The notes under the pieces were generated by a model, which was given only the letters and a program-made list of their open reading frames with translations, did not search any database and had not been told where the DNA came from. The position numbers and the translations under genes are program-made. 64,000 nucleotides of DNA from Eledone cirrhosa (taxonomy: Eukaryota), in contig OZ024741.1 in NCBI GenBank assembly GCA_964016885.1, positions 348,192,001 to 348,256,000 on the forward strand. The letters run 5' to 3'. The stretch's first letter is position 1, and each line of letters begins with the position of its first letter. Below are positions 13,138-25,159 of this stretch, piece by piece.

Positions 13138-14095
13138 TTAGAAAGTGACGTTTTTTTACAAAATGAAAAAAACGAGGTGTCCTACACGAGTGAAAGTATA
13201 AATCGAAAATGCAACTGGATTCTTTTTTTTTTTTAATATATTTATCTGGTTCCTTTACCGGTTTCGCTGTTCTTGTGCTTTTCAAAAGTAGAACTGAGAT
13301 GGAAGGTTTGTGGTTTTTCTCACATCTGGTTGGTGTTCGAATGTTACTTCTATTTTACATGGAAAAAAGTGGCGCGAAATGTTTTTAGAGAAGTAATTTG
13401 GTTGGTTAATGACTGTCTTGTGAATAAGTATAATACATTTTGCGCTAGTTCGCATTACAATATTCTTATTATATTTGCCTTTACAAAGGGGGGGGGGGGC
13501 TCAAATGGATTTTTCATATATGAGTGAAGTTTGGCTGGTTGATGCACATCAGTTTTCGCGCCAGTTTGTGTTTGAATTTCTTTTTACTTAAAAAAATGTG
13601 GCTCACGAAGGCTTTTTTTATAAATGTAATTTGATTGGTTATAAATTAAATTATGACTGTCACATGAACAAGTACATTAAATTTCGCGCCCGTATTTTGG
13701 AATTTTTTTGTAGCGATTTAGATTTAGAGAATGTTGTGCCAAAGAGTAGATAATGGTCAAGAAAAACGGGATAGGGAGAATTGTTCTGGTTCAGTGAGTA
13801 TGGCAGGTGTGCTGGGGTGTCAAAATTCAGACTTTCTATTGAAATAAAGAAAGTAGAGATATGTATGTTTATTTGTCGGCTGGTGTGTGTGTGTGTGTGT
13901 GTGTAGGAAGATGATTCTATTAGTAGAAATGGGGGAAGGGAGTTGTGCGTGTGTGTACACCAACCAGATATGAGAAAAATCACAACTTCATCTCAATTCT
14001 ACGTTTGAAAAGCACAAGAACTGCAAAACCGTAAAGGACCCAGATAATTATATTAAAAAAAAGAGTCCAGTTGCATTTTCGATTTCATCTTTTTT

Positions 14096-14098
<3 letters not shown>
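13138..14098. mobile_element. Family P4 element: inverted pseudo-LTR arms (about 13195-13330 and 13960-14092) around a ~630-bp core
   Basis: Arms match 22820-23167; HHR at 13252-13290 (-); TA-flanked; tail-only copy at 45097-45210. Confidence 0.8.
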
Positions 14099-14135
<37 letters not shown>

Positions 14136-14142
14136 GTATATG

Positions 14143-14194
<52 letters not shown>

Positions 14195-14945
14195 TAAAAA
14201 AATAATGAATAAAACAATGAAACAGTTCCTTATATTAAACAAAAAAAGTTCATTATTTAACGATCATTTCTAGGACATATATTTGTTAGAATTGGCATGC
14301 ATATTCAAAAGATCTATGTACAAAATTATACAAACTATCAAAGAGAATATACATACCAACACATATATATGCTGTCTTCAGAAATAATATATATATGTAT
14401 ACCTTCAGAAATAATATATATATGTATACCTCAACGCCAATTACTTGGAAATAATAATTTTAGTTTACATAGGTAGGAGCAACTTTCAATTATATTACTG
14501 ACAACTGACACTTCCCTTCACCAATTTCTGCTGTGTAGTACAATTAACAATTCCCTAGCAAATAGCGTTAAAGATGTTTGAATTTCAACTAATTTTGTAC
14601 ATTACAATTCGTCCCTTGGACTAAGTGCCCTGCCAATTTTGATATAATATTTCTACGAAAGGTCACTATAATATATATATATATGATTAAAATAACAGAT
14701 ACAAGTTTAAACAAAGAATCGCTGGTTTCACCCTTTTAGGCTTCAAATTTATTATTATTATTACTATATATATATACATACACACACACACATATATATT
14801 ATATATATATACTATATAATATGTATGTATATATTATATATATTATATATATATGTATATATAGGTATATTTATGTGTATTTATTTATTCATATATATAT
14901 ATATGTATGTGTGTGTGTTTGTCTCTGTGTCCGTGTGCGCGTATT

Positions 14946-15136
<191 letters not shown>

Positions 15137-15304
15137 AAAGGATAACAAAATATCGTTATAGGTAATCCAATTATAGATTGAAAATACTTCTTATGGATAG
15201 TTTTAGCGTATGGCGTTGCTTGACTCAACAATAGATTTACGTAGATGACGAGTTTATGATTTCACTTGTATTCCTATGTAAGTTTATCCTGGAGTGATAA
15301 CATT

Positions 15305-16565
15305 GAAAAAGTGGAGAATAACATGGTCAACAGTACAAAAAAGGGGATTTATTTGCAGTCTAACAATTGTTTCACTGATATAGTTGTATAAACATTGCTG
15401 AATAGTAAAAGCAGTGCCACTCAATTTTAAATACGATGTTAACACAATCAGATCTTCAGTAACTGTTAAAAAAATATATATGTAACCGGCAAATTTACAA
15501 ATTCAAATTACATCATCAATAATAATATTAATAATAAAGATATAGAGAGAAAAAGAGGAAGAAAGGGACATAGGTACAGTGAAGAAAAAAGAAAAGGAAG
15601 GAGAAAGAAGAACAGGGGAAACGAAAAACAGAAAGAAGAAGAAAAGGAGAAATTATTATAGATAGAAATATAAAGAGAGGAAGATATATAGAAGATGATG
15701 GTAGATAGAGGAGAGACAAACTTAAGTAAAATAACGCATGATAGAAAGAAGAATAGAGGGACAAATAAATGAATAAACGTTAATACATGAGTAAATGTAA
15801 ATAAAAATAAAAATAGATATATAAAAATTATATGAAAAATGGTGGAAATATGATAATGTTAAATATATTTATGTGTATTGGTTATTTTAATAAATAAATT
15901 AATTAATTAGTTTTAAGTTATATTATATGAAAAAATAAAATGACAAATAAAATAAATTTAGGGAGAGAAATATAAAGATAAAGAGTGAAAAATAGAGATA
16001 TATAAAATAAGAATGTAAATATAAGAGGTTTTGATGTTGTTCTTTGATACATGATGACAATTATAATTATAATTATACTTATAATGATGATGATATTCCT
16101 AATGTGATATCAAAATAGATCCAAGTAGTACAATCTGTGTTATGGATTAGATAAGATGGAATTAAGCTGGTCTAAAGTTCTCAAATTTAGTCGCCGATTT
16201 ATGTCGACAAAAAACAGATTTTTTTCAATTTTACTGTTAAGAAGATTTTTGTTGTAATTTAAAATTTGGAAAAGTTCCATATTACAGAGACTACAGTGGG
16301 ACAAACCAATTTGAAAGGCCTTTGCTTATATCTTTATTGTTAATATTATTATTGATGATGTAATTTAAATTTGTAAATTTGCCGGTTACATATATATTTT
16401 TTAACACTTTCTGAAGATCTAATAGAGTTAACATCGTATTTAAAATTGAGTGGCACTGCTTTTAGTGTTCAGCAAATTTTAGACAACTCTATCAGTGAAA
16501 CAATTGTTAGACTGCAAATAAACCCCCTTTTTGTACTGTTGACCAAGTTATTCTCCACTTTTTCA
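15305..16565 (-). mobile_element. 5'-truncated PLE family D: GIY-YIG C-terminus (16325-16162), 3' UTR, pseudo-LTR, and inverted pseudo-LTR (16328-16565)
   Basis: AKAFQIGLSHCSLCNMELFQILNYNKNLLNSKIE../FCRHK..KF (one frameshift); 15305-15545 is inverted at 16328-16565. Confidence 0.8.
16405..16514 (+). ncRNA. Type I HHR with 79-nt stem II (mirror 15356-15465 -)
   Basis: CTGAAGA t ct(a/g)atagagtt..aactctatcag t GAAAC aatt GTT^ agactg; consensus stem I cagttt/agactg. Confidence 0.65.
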
Positions 16566-16573
16566 ATATTATA

Positions 16574-16664
<91 letters not shown>

Positions 16665-16666
<2 letters not shown>

Positions 16667-17188
16667 ATTAGAATACTGGAGCGTGATTGAGTCAAACACC
16701 CTCCTCGTATTATAGAAATGACAGTAAAAGGTATAGCTCAATGCAGTTAAACAGAGCCAAAAAATTAACAGAGTAAAACAAAGAATCCTTTAATACATCA
16801 ACAGTTTTTATTAGCCGACAATGTTTCGTCCTATTAAGGACTCATCAGGGCAATCAAAACAACAAGAGGTAATATCGGCAGATACAAGCCAGAAACTCTG
16901 AAGAATATGGAGTGTACATACACTAATGTCTTACAAAGATATACGATAATAAAAATGAAAATAAAGATAAAAATAATAAAAATATATAATAACTAAGGAT
17001 GTAGATAACATTAAGAACCATATTACAAATATAGTCCAAAGCCACCAACCTAAATCTAAACAAATTTGGTTATATAGAGCAGGAATTATATATAACACAA
17101 TATAATACATTATAATAATAATATATTTATACCAACATTAAAATTCCAAATTAAAAATCAAAAGGTACAATATATACATGTATATATG

Positions 17189-17230
<42 letters not shown>

Positions 17231-18233
17231 ACAATACACATATCTATGTTCTATTACACAGAAATTAAGCCCTATTAGAAGTTTGAATATTAAAAATAAG
17301 CATGGTAATAGTGAAAATAATACTAATACATCTACCCAATACACATGAGGCAATAATATGATATAATTACAAGAAACATATATAACAAATAATAAACAAC
17401 AAAATTATATAATTCAATACAATATAATAAAGTAGAATAGATAATCCCCGGTTAATTTACAGAAACAATATAGATGTCACAATGAAATACAATGATAAAA
17501 TGTTAACATTATATTAACAAGTACCATAAACAATATATACAAATTGATTCATACTGGGTTACATAATAAATGAGGAAATATAAATCATATAATACTAAAA
17601 AAAACTATAATGGTACAGGGAAAAATGGTGATGTTACAGAAAAAATATGATGTTACAGAAAAAAATATACAGACATCTTACATGATATATAAAGTTTAAA
17701 TATCATAATGTTATATATAATGAACGGTAAGTAATAAGGATCTATATCATAATGTAATATATTTCAAAATTGGCATAAAATATATAAATACTTATAAGTA
17801 CAAGGTTAGTAGACAGACATGTGTGGATGAGTGAGCAAAGGCAGACAGTGAATAGTAAATAGAATATAGAATAAAACAAATAAATACAATCAACCGGAAA
17901 TTACAAAACAAAAGCAAATGTATACACATTTAGGCCTCGCGTGCATTAAGAAAGACGGTAAACACGAAGGAAAGCGATCATTTTAAATGACTCCAAACCC
18001 TATCTGATAAATTAATATTAAAAATATCGAACCCGTCCAATAAGGTAGTATAATATTAGCTGTAGTTTAAGTCATTAAAGTATATAAACTTTAATGTATC
18101 ATTACAAATTATTGCCTCATGTATATTGGGTAGATGTATTAGTATTATTTTCACTATTACCATGCTTTTTTTAATATTCAAATTACTAATAGGGATTAAT
18201 TTCTGTGTAATAGAACATAGATATGTGTATTGT

Positions 18234-18271
<38 letters not shown>

Positions 18272-18640
18272 CACATATATACATGTATATATTGTACCTT
18301 TTGATTTTTAATTTGGAATTTTAATGTTGGTATAAATATATTATTATTATAATGTATTATATTGTGTTATATATAATTCCTGCTCTATATAACCAAATTT
18401 GTTTAGATTTAGGTTGGTGGCTTTGGATTATATTTGTAATATGGTTCTTAATGTTATCTACATCCTTAGTTATTATATATTTTTATTATTTTTATCTTTA
18501 TTTTCATTTTTATTATCGTATATCTTTGTGCCGATATTACCTCTTGTTGTTTTGATTGCCCTGATGAGTCTTTAATAGGACGAAACATTGTCGGCTAATA
18601 AAAACTGTTGATGTATTAAAGGATTCTTTGTTTTTTCTCT
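16665..18640. mobile_element. Family P7 element with ~550-bp inverted arms (16785-17357 and 18107-18630), each carrying an HHR
   Basis: Arms align as reverse complements, including the internal (CA)n; TA-flanked. Confidence 0.85.
16810..16854 (-). ncRNA. Canonical minimal type I HHR (mirror 18555-18599 +)
   Basis: attgcc CTGATGA gtcct taat aggac GAAAC att GTC^ ggctaat. Confidence 0.9.
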
Positions 18641-18641
18641 C

Positions 18642-18677
<36 letters not shown>

Positions 18678-18678
<1 letters not shown>

Positions 18679-18865
18679 CGGAGAAAATCTGGTGAGGAAC
18701 CAGGTGGACCATAACGCACCAAAGTACTCAATACTTAGGGTAGTAGAGTGGGTAATAGGAACGAGTACGACCCCGAGGGATGAGCTAGCCGTTTCGACGG
18801 CTAATTCTACTAGAATTAGCCGTCGAAACGGCTTGAGCTCAGACGTCGGGGTCCTACTCGTTCCT
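18678..18865. mobile_element. Family P6 short hairpin-ended element (second copy 39135-39325)
   Basis: Shared ggaacca.gtggaccataacgcacc.. and palindrome gccgtttcgacggcta..tagccgtcgaaac.gct. Confidence 0.75.
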
Positions 18866-18883
18866 ATATATATATATATATAT

Positions 18884-21800
18884 CGTTTCTGAATTTGTTT
18901 AGCAAGATTCTTTATCTGAAAACGTGTGTTGAAACCGATATTGTTATACTTTGGGAGGGACATGTTGCCAATAAGAAACACACGCACTAGTCGTTTCACT
19001 TCAATTTATTATAATAAATTTATAAATTTAGGAATTTATAAATTTCCGGTTGGTTGGCTGGTTGGTTCCTCAACCAGATGATTGTTTATATATTGTCAAA
19101 GTTCTTTCGTCACACATTCTGTGACCTCTTCAGTGACTGGGGATTCTTTTCTTTGTTTTTGTGCCTCTACTTTGTTCTGTCCAACGCCATCTTGTTTTTG
19201 TGTGTGTGTTGTGTGCTTATTTTGCGCATGTGTTACATCCAGGTCTCTGTGTGTGTTTATATTTGTTTATTTATTTGTTTATTTACATGTTACTGGTTGG
19301 TTGTTTGTTCTATGTGCGTGTGTGTTTTCATTTTGTCCTTAATTGTAAGTTTTGATGTTGCTGTTCCACTCATGTTTTCTATTAATTTTGGTTGGAGTTC
19401 GTTTATGTTTATTGCCTCTGTGATTTGTCTAAACATTGCGTCTTTTCTGTGTGTAGATTCTATTTGTATTTCTATGTTCTCTAATTTACCCTTATGTTAT
19501 ATTTTAGCATGTTGGTAGAGTACAGATGATTCTTTACTATCTTGAAGGTCTCGCCAGTGTTCATTTATCCGTTCCCCTATACTACGAGATGTCTCACCTA
19601 TGTACACTATATGCTTATCTCTACATTGTCCTTCAGTACATATTATGCTGTATACTACATTTCTAGTTTTACAGTTAATATGGGGGCATAATATACAGAT
19701 TATACATTTCTTATCTATACAGGGAGGTCTTTGAAAAGGGTATGTATTGCTAATAAGTGTGTTTATGGAGGTATCTGGTCTTTCTACTATCTTAATATTG
19801 AGTTTATGTTTATCTAGGGCCCTTCTAAATTTGTAAGCTAATTCACCTCTAGGGGTTGTATCGATGAACATAACACTCTGGTATTTATTGCTATCATACT
19901 ATGAGTTCATTCTATTAGCCTTATTCCTTGTTCTTTCTATTCTATTCCAAAATTTGCTCCTGTACAAGGGGCAGGTCCCATTTGTGTCATTATTTACCAT
20001 TTTTTCCCATTTGGTTCTGGCTCCTCTATATACTCTGCTTTTATCTCTCTGATTGTAACCATAGAACTGCATACGGTGGCTAAAGTGTTGTATGTGTCTC
20101 TCTAGTTCTTCGGGGTTTCACATGCGGGACACGTTTCTCATCACCAGTACGAAATCCGCAATCAGTATGTTGATTTTGGTATGATCCGAAACAGCTGAGT
20201 TTCGGTGGATCAGATATTTGGAAGTCATGGGTTTGGCATAATGGGAATGGAGGATTTGTTTTGTGTTATTAATGGTATCTAACCAGTTGACAGCCTGCCA
20301 AACTACATCCAGGCAATGCAAACCCACATCACTAACACAAGAGAAGTAACACCACAAGTGCATGAGGATAGGGAAAAATCCCTCAATGCCCATATGATGA
20401 TGTGGACTAATATAATGCAGCCCAACAAAAGGACTGCCAACAACTTCCAGGCCTGGAACAATGACGTGCCAGCGTTGTATGGGTTTCGAAAAGACCATAA
20501 AACGAGCAGTGACCCTGTCACAGGATCACCAACACGGCCCGTATGTGGAGCTAGCATTGCTAGTAACTACAGACTTTCATACTTCCTCTCCCTGATCATG
20601 CGCCCCATCATTGAAATGTCCCCAGATGTATGTGACAGTACGGAGGACCCCCGCAGCAGAATCGGCGAAGGTAACCGATCTAGGGACCTAACAAACTGCA
20701 TAACAGATAGTATGGATGTTGTGTCCCTGTATCCATCTATTGACGTGGATTTTGCTGTAGAGAAATGCGTAGAAATGATCAGTGAGAACCATGTTGAATT
20801 CCGTGGGATTGATACCAGTGAGCTGGGACTCCTACTTAAACTTACCTATAGTAATCATTATCTAGATACATATACATTTAGCAACCTGTGCCCTACAAGA
20901 CCAGCAAGAGGCAGACCACCTACCATTACCTCAATGGCCAAGAAAACCCACACAGATAGATGGAACGGGTGCACCAGAGCCATAAGGACCCCCGAAAACC
21001 ACGATGAACTAAAGAAAATGATTGCACATGCGGTAGGGGCCAGCATAAAATTAACCCTTAAGGAACATATGTTCAAATTTAATGGAAAAAACATATGCCC
21101 AAGCGGAGGGAGCAGCCATTGGTGTTAGCATTGCAGGCGACATATCTAACCTATTCATGGTATGGTGGGACATTAGACTTAAACTTAAATTTAAAGAAAA
21201 ATTAGAAGACCTCTTAACCCTGATAATGTACTCCCGCTACGTTGATGATATAAACATCGTAGTTAAAACACCCCCACTAGAGAAAAGTCAGGAATTAGAG
21301 AAAAACACAATGGAAAGCATCCAGCAAATAGTTAACTCCATCCACCAGGGTATTAGAGTTACTATAGACTACACAAGCAAACACCCCAACAATCGATTAC
21401 CTGTACTAGACACAGAGCTCTGGTTAGATACCATTAATAACGAAAAACAAATCCTCCATTCCCATTATGCCAAACCCATGACTTCCAAATATCTGATCCA
21501 CCGAAACTCAGCTGTTTCGGACCACACCAAATTCAACATACTGATTGCGGATTTGGTACGAGTGAGGAGAATCGTGTCCCGCATGTGCACCCCAAAGAAC
21601 TAGAGAGACACATACAACACTTCATCCACCGTATGCAGTATTCTGGTTACAATCAGAGAGATAAAATCAGAGTATATAGAGGAGCCAGAACCAAATGGGA
21701 AAAAATGGTAAATAATGACACAAATGGGACCTGCCCCTTGTATAGAGGCACATTTTGGAATAGAATAGAAAGAACTAGGAATAAAGTTAATTGAATAAAC

Positions 21801-22762
21801 TCATGCTATGCTAGCAATAAATACCAGAGTGTAATGTTCATCAATACAACCCCTAGAGGTGAATTAGCTTACACATTTAGAAGGGCCCTAGATAAACATA
21901 AACTCAATATTAAGATAGTAGAAAGACCAGGTACCTCCATAAAAACATTTATTAGCAAGACATACCCTTTTCAAAGACCCCCCTGTATAGATAAGAAATC
22001 TATAACCTGTAAATTAAGCCCCCATATTAACTGTTAAACTAGAAATGTAGTATATAGCATAAGATGTACTGAATGACAATGTAGAGATAAAAATAGAGTG
22101 TACATAGGTGAGACAGCTCGTAGTATAGGGGAACGGATAAATGAACACTGGTGCGACCTTCAAGATAGTAAAGAATCATCTGTACTCTACCATCATGCTA
22201 AAATAGAACATAAGGGTAAATTAGAAAACATAGAAATAAAAATAGAATCTACACTCAGAAAAGACGCAAGGTTTAGACAAATCACACAGGCAATAAACAT
22301 AAATGAACTTCAACTAAAATTAAATAGAAAACATGAATGGAATAGCAACATCACAACTTACAATTAAAGACAAAATAAAAACACACACACCCATAGAACA
22401 AACAACCAACCAGTAACTGTAAATGTAAATAAACAAATAAATAAACAAATATAAACACACACAGACACTCGGATGTAACACATGCGCAAACTAAACACAC
22501 AACACACACAAAAATAAGATGGCGTAGGACAGAACAAACGAGAGGCATAAAAACAAAGAAAAGAATACCCAGTCACTGAAGAGGTCACATAATCTGTGAA
22601 GAAAGAACGTTGACAATATATAACCCATCGTCTGGTTGTGGAACCGACCAACCAACCAGAAATTTATAAATTCTTAAATTTATTAATTTAATTTATAATA
22701 AATTGGTGTGAAAGCTTCTGGTGCGTGTGTTTCTTATTTGCATCATGGCCCTCCCAAAGAAT

Positions 22763-22770
<8 letters not shown>
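18884..22770 (+). mobile_element. PLE family A: 5'-truncated RT/GIY-YIG body (20287-22770, +) preceded by an inverted 1.4-kb copy of its own 3' part (18884-20286, -)
   Basis: RT motifs SMDVVSLYPSI, GAAIG, YSRYVDDI, LPVLD; EN motifs VVYSIRC..YIGETARSIGERINEH; frameshifts and stops; HHR pseudo-LTR at both ends; TA flanks. Confidence 0.95.
20316..22367 (+). pseudogene. Disrupted PLE RT and GIY-YIG endonuclease ORF
   Basis: Consecutive ORF pieces 20316-21128, 21082-21603, 21585-21794, 21834-22037, 22098-22367. Confidence 0.93.
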
Positions 22771-23267
<497 letters not shown>

Positions 23268-23286
23268 TTATATATATATATATATG

Positions 23287-25150
23287 AAATAAAGTTAAAT
23301 AAAAAGTCAAATGTTTAAAATTTAGCTTCGTTTATTACTGCTATATGTATTTCAGTGACAGCCATCTTTGGCTGTGACCTCTTCAAGCAGTCCGAATTAG
23401 TGTGGTATAGACAAGTACATATGTTGTTGAGGTGTATAATATTGTCAATACTCTCATATGCCCAGTTCCTGGTTGGGTTGACATTTCACTGAGGAACTGG
23501 AATCATATGAATTCAAACAAACGAATTTCAGTGTCAAAGGGCCTCTTCGCCTCTCATTCGTCAGTTGTTAGAACATTGCTCATTCTAAGTGTTGTTATTG
23601 TTTGAGTTAGCTTAAAAAATTGATAAAGTGGTAGAAGGGACAAGGTGTTAAAGGAACAAAATAACCAAAAAAGTGTCAAAGTTCCATTAGTCAGTTCTGA
23701 GAGCATTCCTCAGTCAGAAGTCTATAGAATTCTTTCTGGGGTGAGGCTCCCTGAAGTGTTTGTGTTTGCTATTGTTAAGTACATTTGACCTCTACCATTA
23801 TTTTGGTAGTGTTGTTGGTGTTGTGGTCAGCTTATGTCTTGCTTCTGTTGACAATTTAGAAGTATCTGTGTGTGTTTTTTCTTCATCCCTCCTCCCACCA
23901 TCTCTCATAGTGGTGGTGGTGGGGGGGGGGGGGGGTTATTCCATGTATATGAAGAAATATAAGGCAATATATGAAGAAAACAGAAAATAAATAATATAAT
24001 TTGTATAATTTGAAAATAAATAATAGATAGAGAATAAAGAATAAAGAATAAATGAAACATTGGTGAAAAAGTAATGAAAATGAATATGGAGACGTGAAAA
24101 ATAAAATGAAGATTCAAATAAAGTAGGATAAAGTGTGTGTGTGCTATAACCAATCTCAAGGTCAGAAATATGTCGGATAGATTGGTATTGTCCCTCATAC
24201 CAATCTATCCAACATATTTCTGACCTTGAGATTGGTTATAGCACACACACACTTTATCCTACTTTATTTGAATCTTCATTTTATTTTTCACTTCTCCATA
24301 TTCATTTTCATTACTTTTTCACCAATTTTTCATTTATTCTTTATTCTTTATTCTTTATCCTTTATTCTCTATTTATTATTTATTTTCAAATTATACAAAT
24401 TATATTATTTATTTTCTGTTTTCTTCATATATTGCCTTATATTTCTTCATATACACGGACCCCCCCCCCACCACCACCACACTATGAGAGATGGTGGCAG
24501 GAGAGATGAAGAAAAAACACACACAGATACTTCTAAATTGTCAACAGAAGCAAGACATAGTTAACAATAGCAAACACAAACGCTACAGGGAGCCTCACCC
24601 CAGAAAGAATTCTATAGACTTCTGACTGAGGAATGCTCTCAGAACTGACCAATGGAACTTTGACACTTTTTTTGTTATTTTGTTCCTTTAACACCTTATC
24701 CCTTCTATCACTTTATCAATTTTTTAAGCTAACTCCAACAATAACAACACTAGAGTGAGGAATGTTCTAACAACTGACCAATGAGAGGAGAAGAGGCCCT
24801 TTGACACTGAAATTCGTTTGTTTGAATTCATATGATTCCAGTTCCTCAGTGAAATAACAACCCAACCAGGAACTAGTCATATCAGAGTATTGACAATATT
24901 ATACACCTCAACAACATATGTATTTGTCTATACCACACTAATTCGGACTGCCTGAAGAGGTCACAGCCAAAGATGGCTGTCACTGAAATATATATAGCAG
25001 TAATAAACGAAGCTAAATTTTAAACATTTGACTTTTTATTTAACTTTATTTTACAATTCTCCGGAGTAACCAGACCAACCTGCGCACTTCGTCGAGTGCT
25101 CCAGCCTGCATACTGAGGTATGGTATACACCCAACATATAGTCAAAATCT
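23287..25150. mobile_element. 1.75-kb palindromic element (arms 23287-24188 and 24197-25031, 8-nt loop) with HHR and ~120-bp tail
   Basis: Arms are reverse complements with a few substitutions and indels; TA-flanked. Confidence 0.9.
24947..25001 (+). ncRNA. Type I HHR (mirror 23337-23391 - has C3U)
   Basis: actgc CTGAAGA ggtcacagcca aaga tggctgtcact GAAAT atat ATA^ gcagt. Confidence 0.85.
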
Positions 25151-25159
25151 ATATATATA

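Noticed and set aside
21790-22080. In-frame TGA codons in PLE A as selenocysteine, as in some Naiad PLEs
   Set aside because: Sister copies have AGA or GGA at these positions and the endonuclease is C-terminal, so these are ordinary nonsense mutations
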